Position numbers and translations under genes: made by a program. From positions 189,412,001 through 189,476,000 of the forward strand of contig NC_086097.1 in assembly GCF_963921235.1 (NCBI RefSeq): DNA of 64,000 nucleotides, written 5' to 3'. Source of the DNA: Mobula hypostoma. Taxonomy: Eukaryota. Positions within the stretch are counted from its first letter, which is position 1; every line of letters starts with the position of its first letter. The notes beneath the pieces are model-generated. The model saw nothing but the letters and a program-made list of their open reading frames with translations, made no database searches and was not told the origin of the DNA. This document shows positions 63,411-64,000 of this stretch, one piece after another.

Positions 63411-64000
63411 ATTTCCATTTATGCATGCAGAGGCAGAATAAGCAAAAATGTCTTTTTTATTATTTTATGAGCTCTATTTCTAAGGTAGATTTGGAGTACC
63501 ATCTGTCCACTTTAGGTTTGCTTATCTCTAAAAAACATGCTGAATCTTAAATTCATTATTGAATAGTAAGACAGAAAATTAATTTACATTAGGCTACATG
63601 ACTAGTGGCCAACAGTGAAGCACCTTCTTTGTCTTCATTTTCAGGGTAGAAATTACTCTTGCTGGAGTTATGTTGATTAAATGGAAGCATTAACCTATTC
63701 ATTTTAAGTGGGTTAATGACTTAATTACAATAATCAAGAAAGGATTTGGCTTGAGTGCAGTAATTTCTGCAATAATATTTAACCCAGCTCCATATATATT
63801 TTAATGATCTGCATTGCTTCAAGCATGGTTTTGAAATTTCTAATTTTCTTGATTTAATTTTCCACTCATTTTAAACATGTATATTTCAATTTTTCATGCC
63901 ACTTTTTTCTTTTTCCGAACTTTTAAAAGATTTTTTCCTTTAAATGCAGAATATCATGAACAATTAAATTATTAGCAAAGGAGGCTGATGCTAAACTAAA

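Overview
Vertebrate genomic DNA, most likely from a cartilaginous fish (elasmobranch; inferred from the repeat landscape of CR1, Penelope-like, Rex1/Babar and HE1/V-SINE-like elements). The only host gene I can support is the 5' part of LRRCC1 (leucine-rich repeat and coiled-coil centrosomal protein 1) on the minus strand. It has six in-phase GT-AG coding exons between 18110 and 6902 and a CpG-island promoter at ~26.6-26.9 kb with ETS and RFX X-box-like motifs, and it runs off the left edge of the window. Most of the remaining sequence is transposon-derived: many CR1 LINE fragments (one with an esterase ORF1, one with a 581-codon open RT frame), Rex1/Babar fragments, Neptune-type Penelope-like elements (PLEs; one 550-codon RT+GIY-YIG ORF), SINEs, an intron-containing hAT-like deletion derivative nested in a Gypsy integrase relic, a young 862-bp solo LTR nested in a sushi-like Gypsy element, and an ERV-like RT relic. 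The most notable signal is that the PLE termini carry minimal type-I hammerhead ribozyme motifs. Three ~150-230-bp non-coding insertions with 13-15-bp TSDs consist only of a PLE terminus folded back on itself at the hammerhead. Boundaries of old repeats are approximate, and all family calls come from motif recognition by eye, not from database searches.
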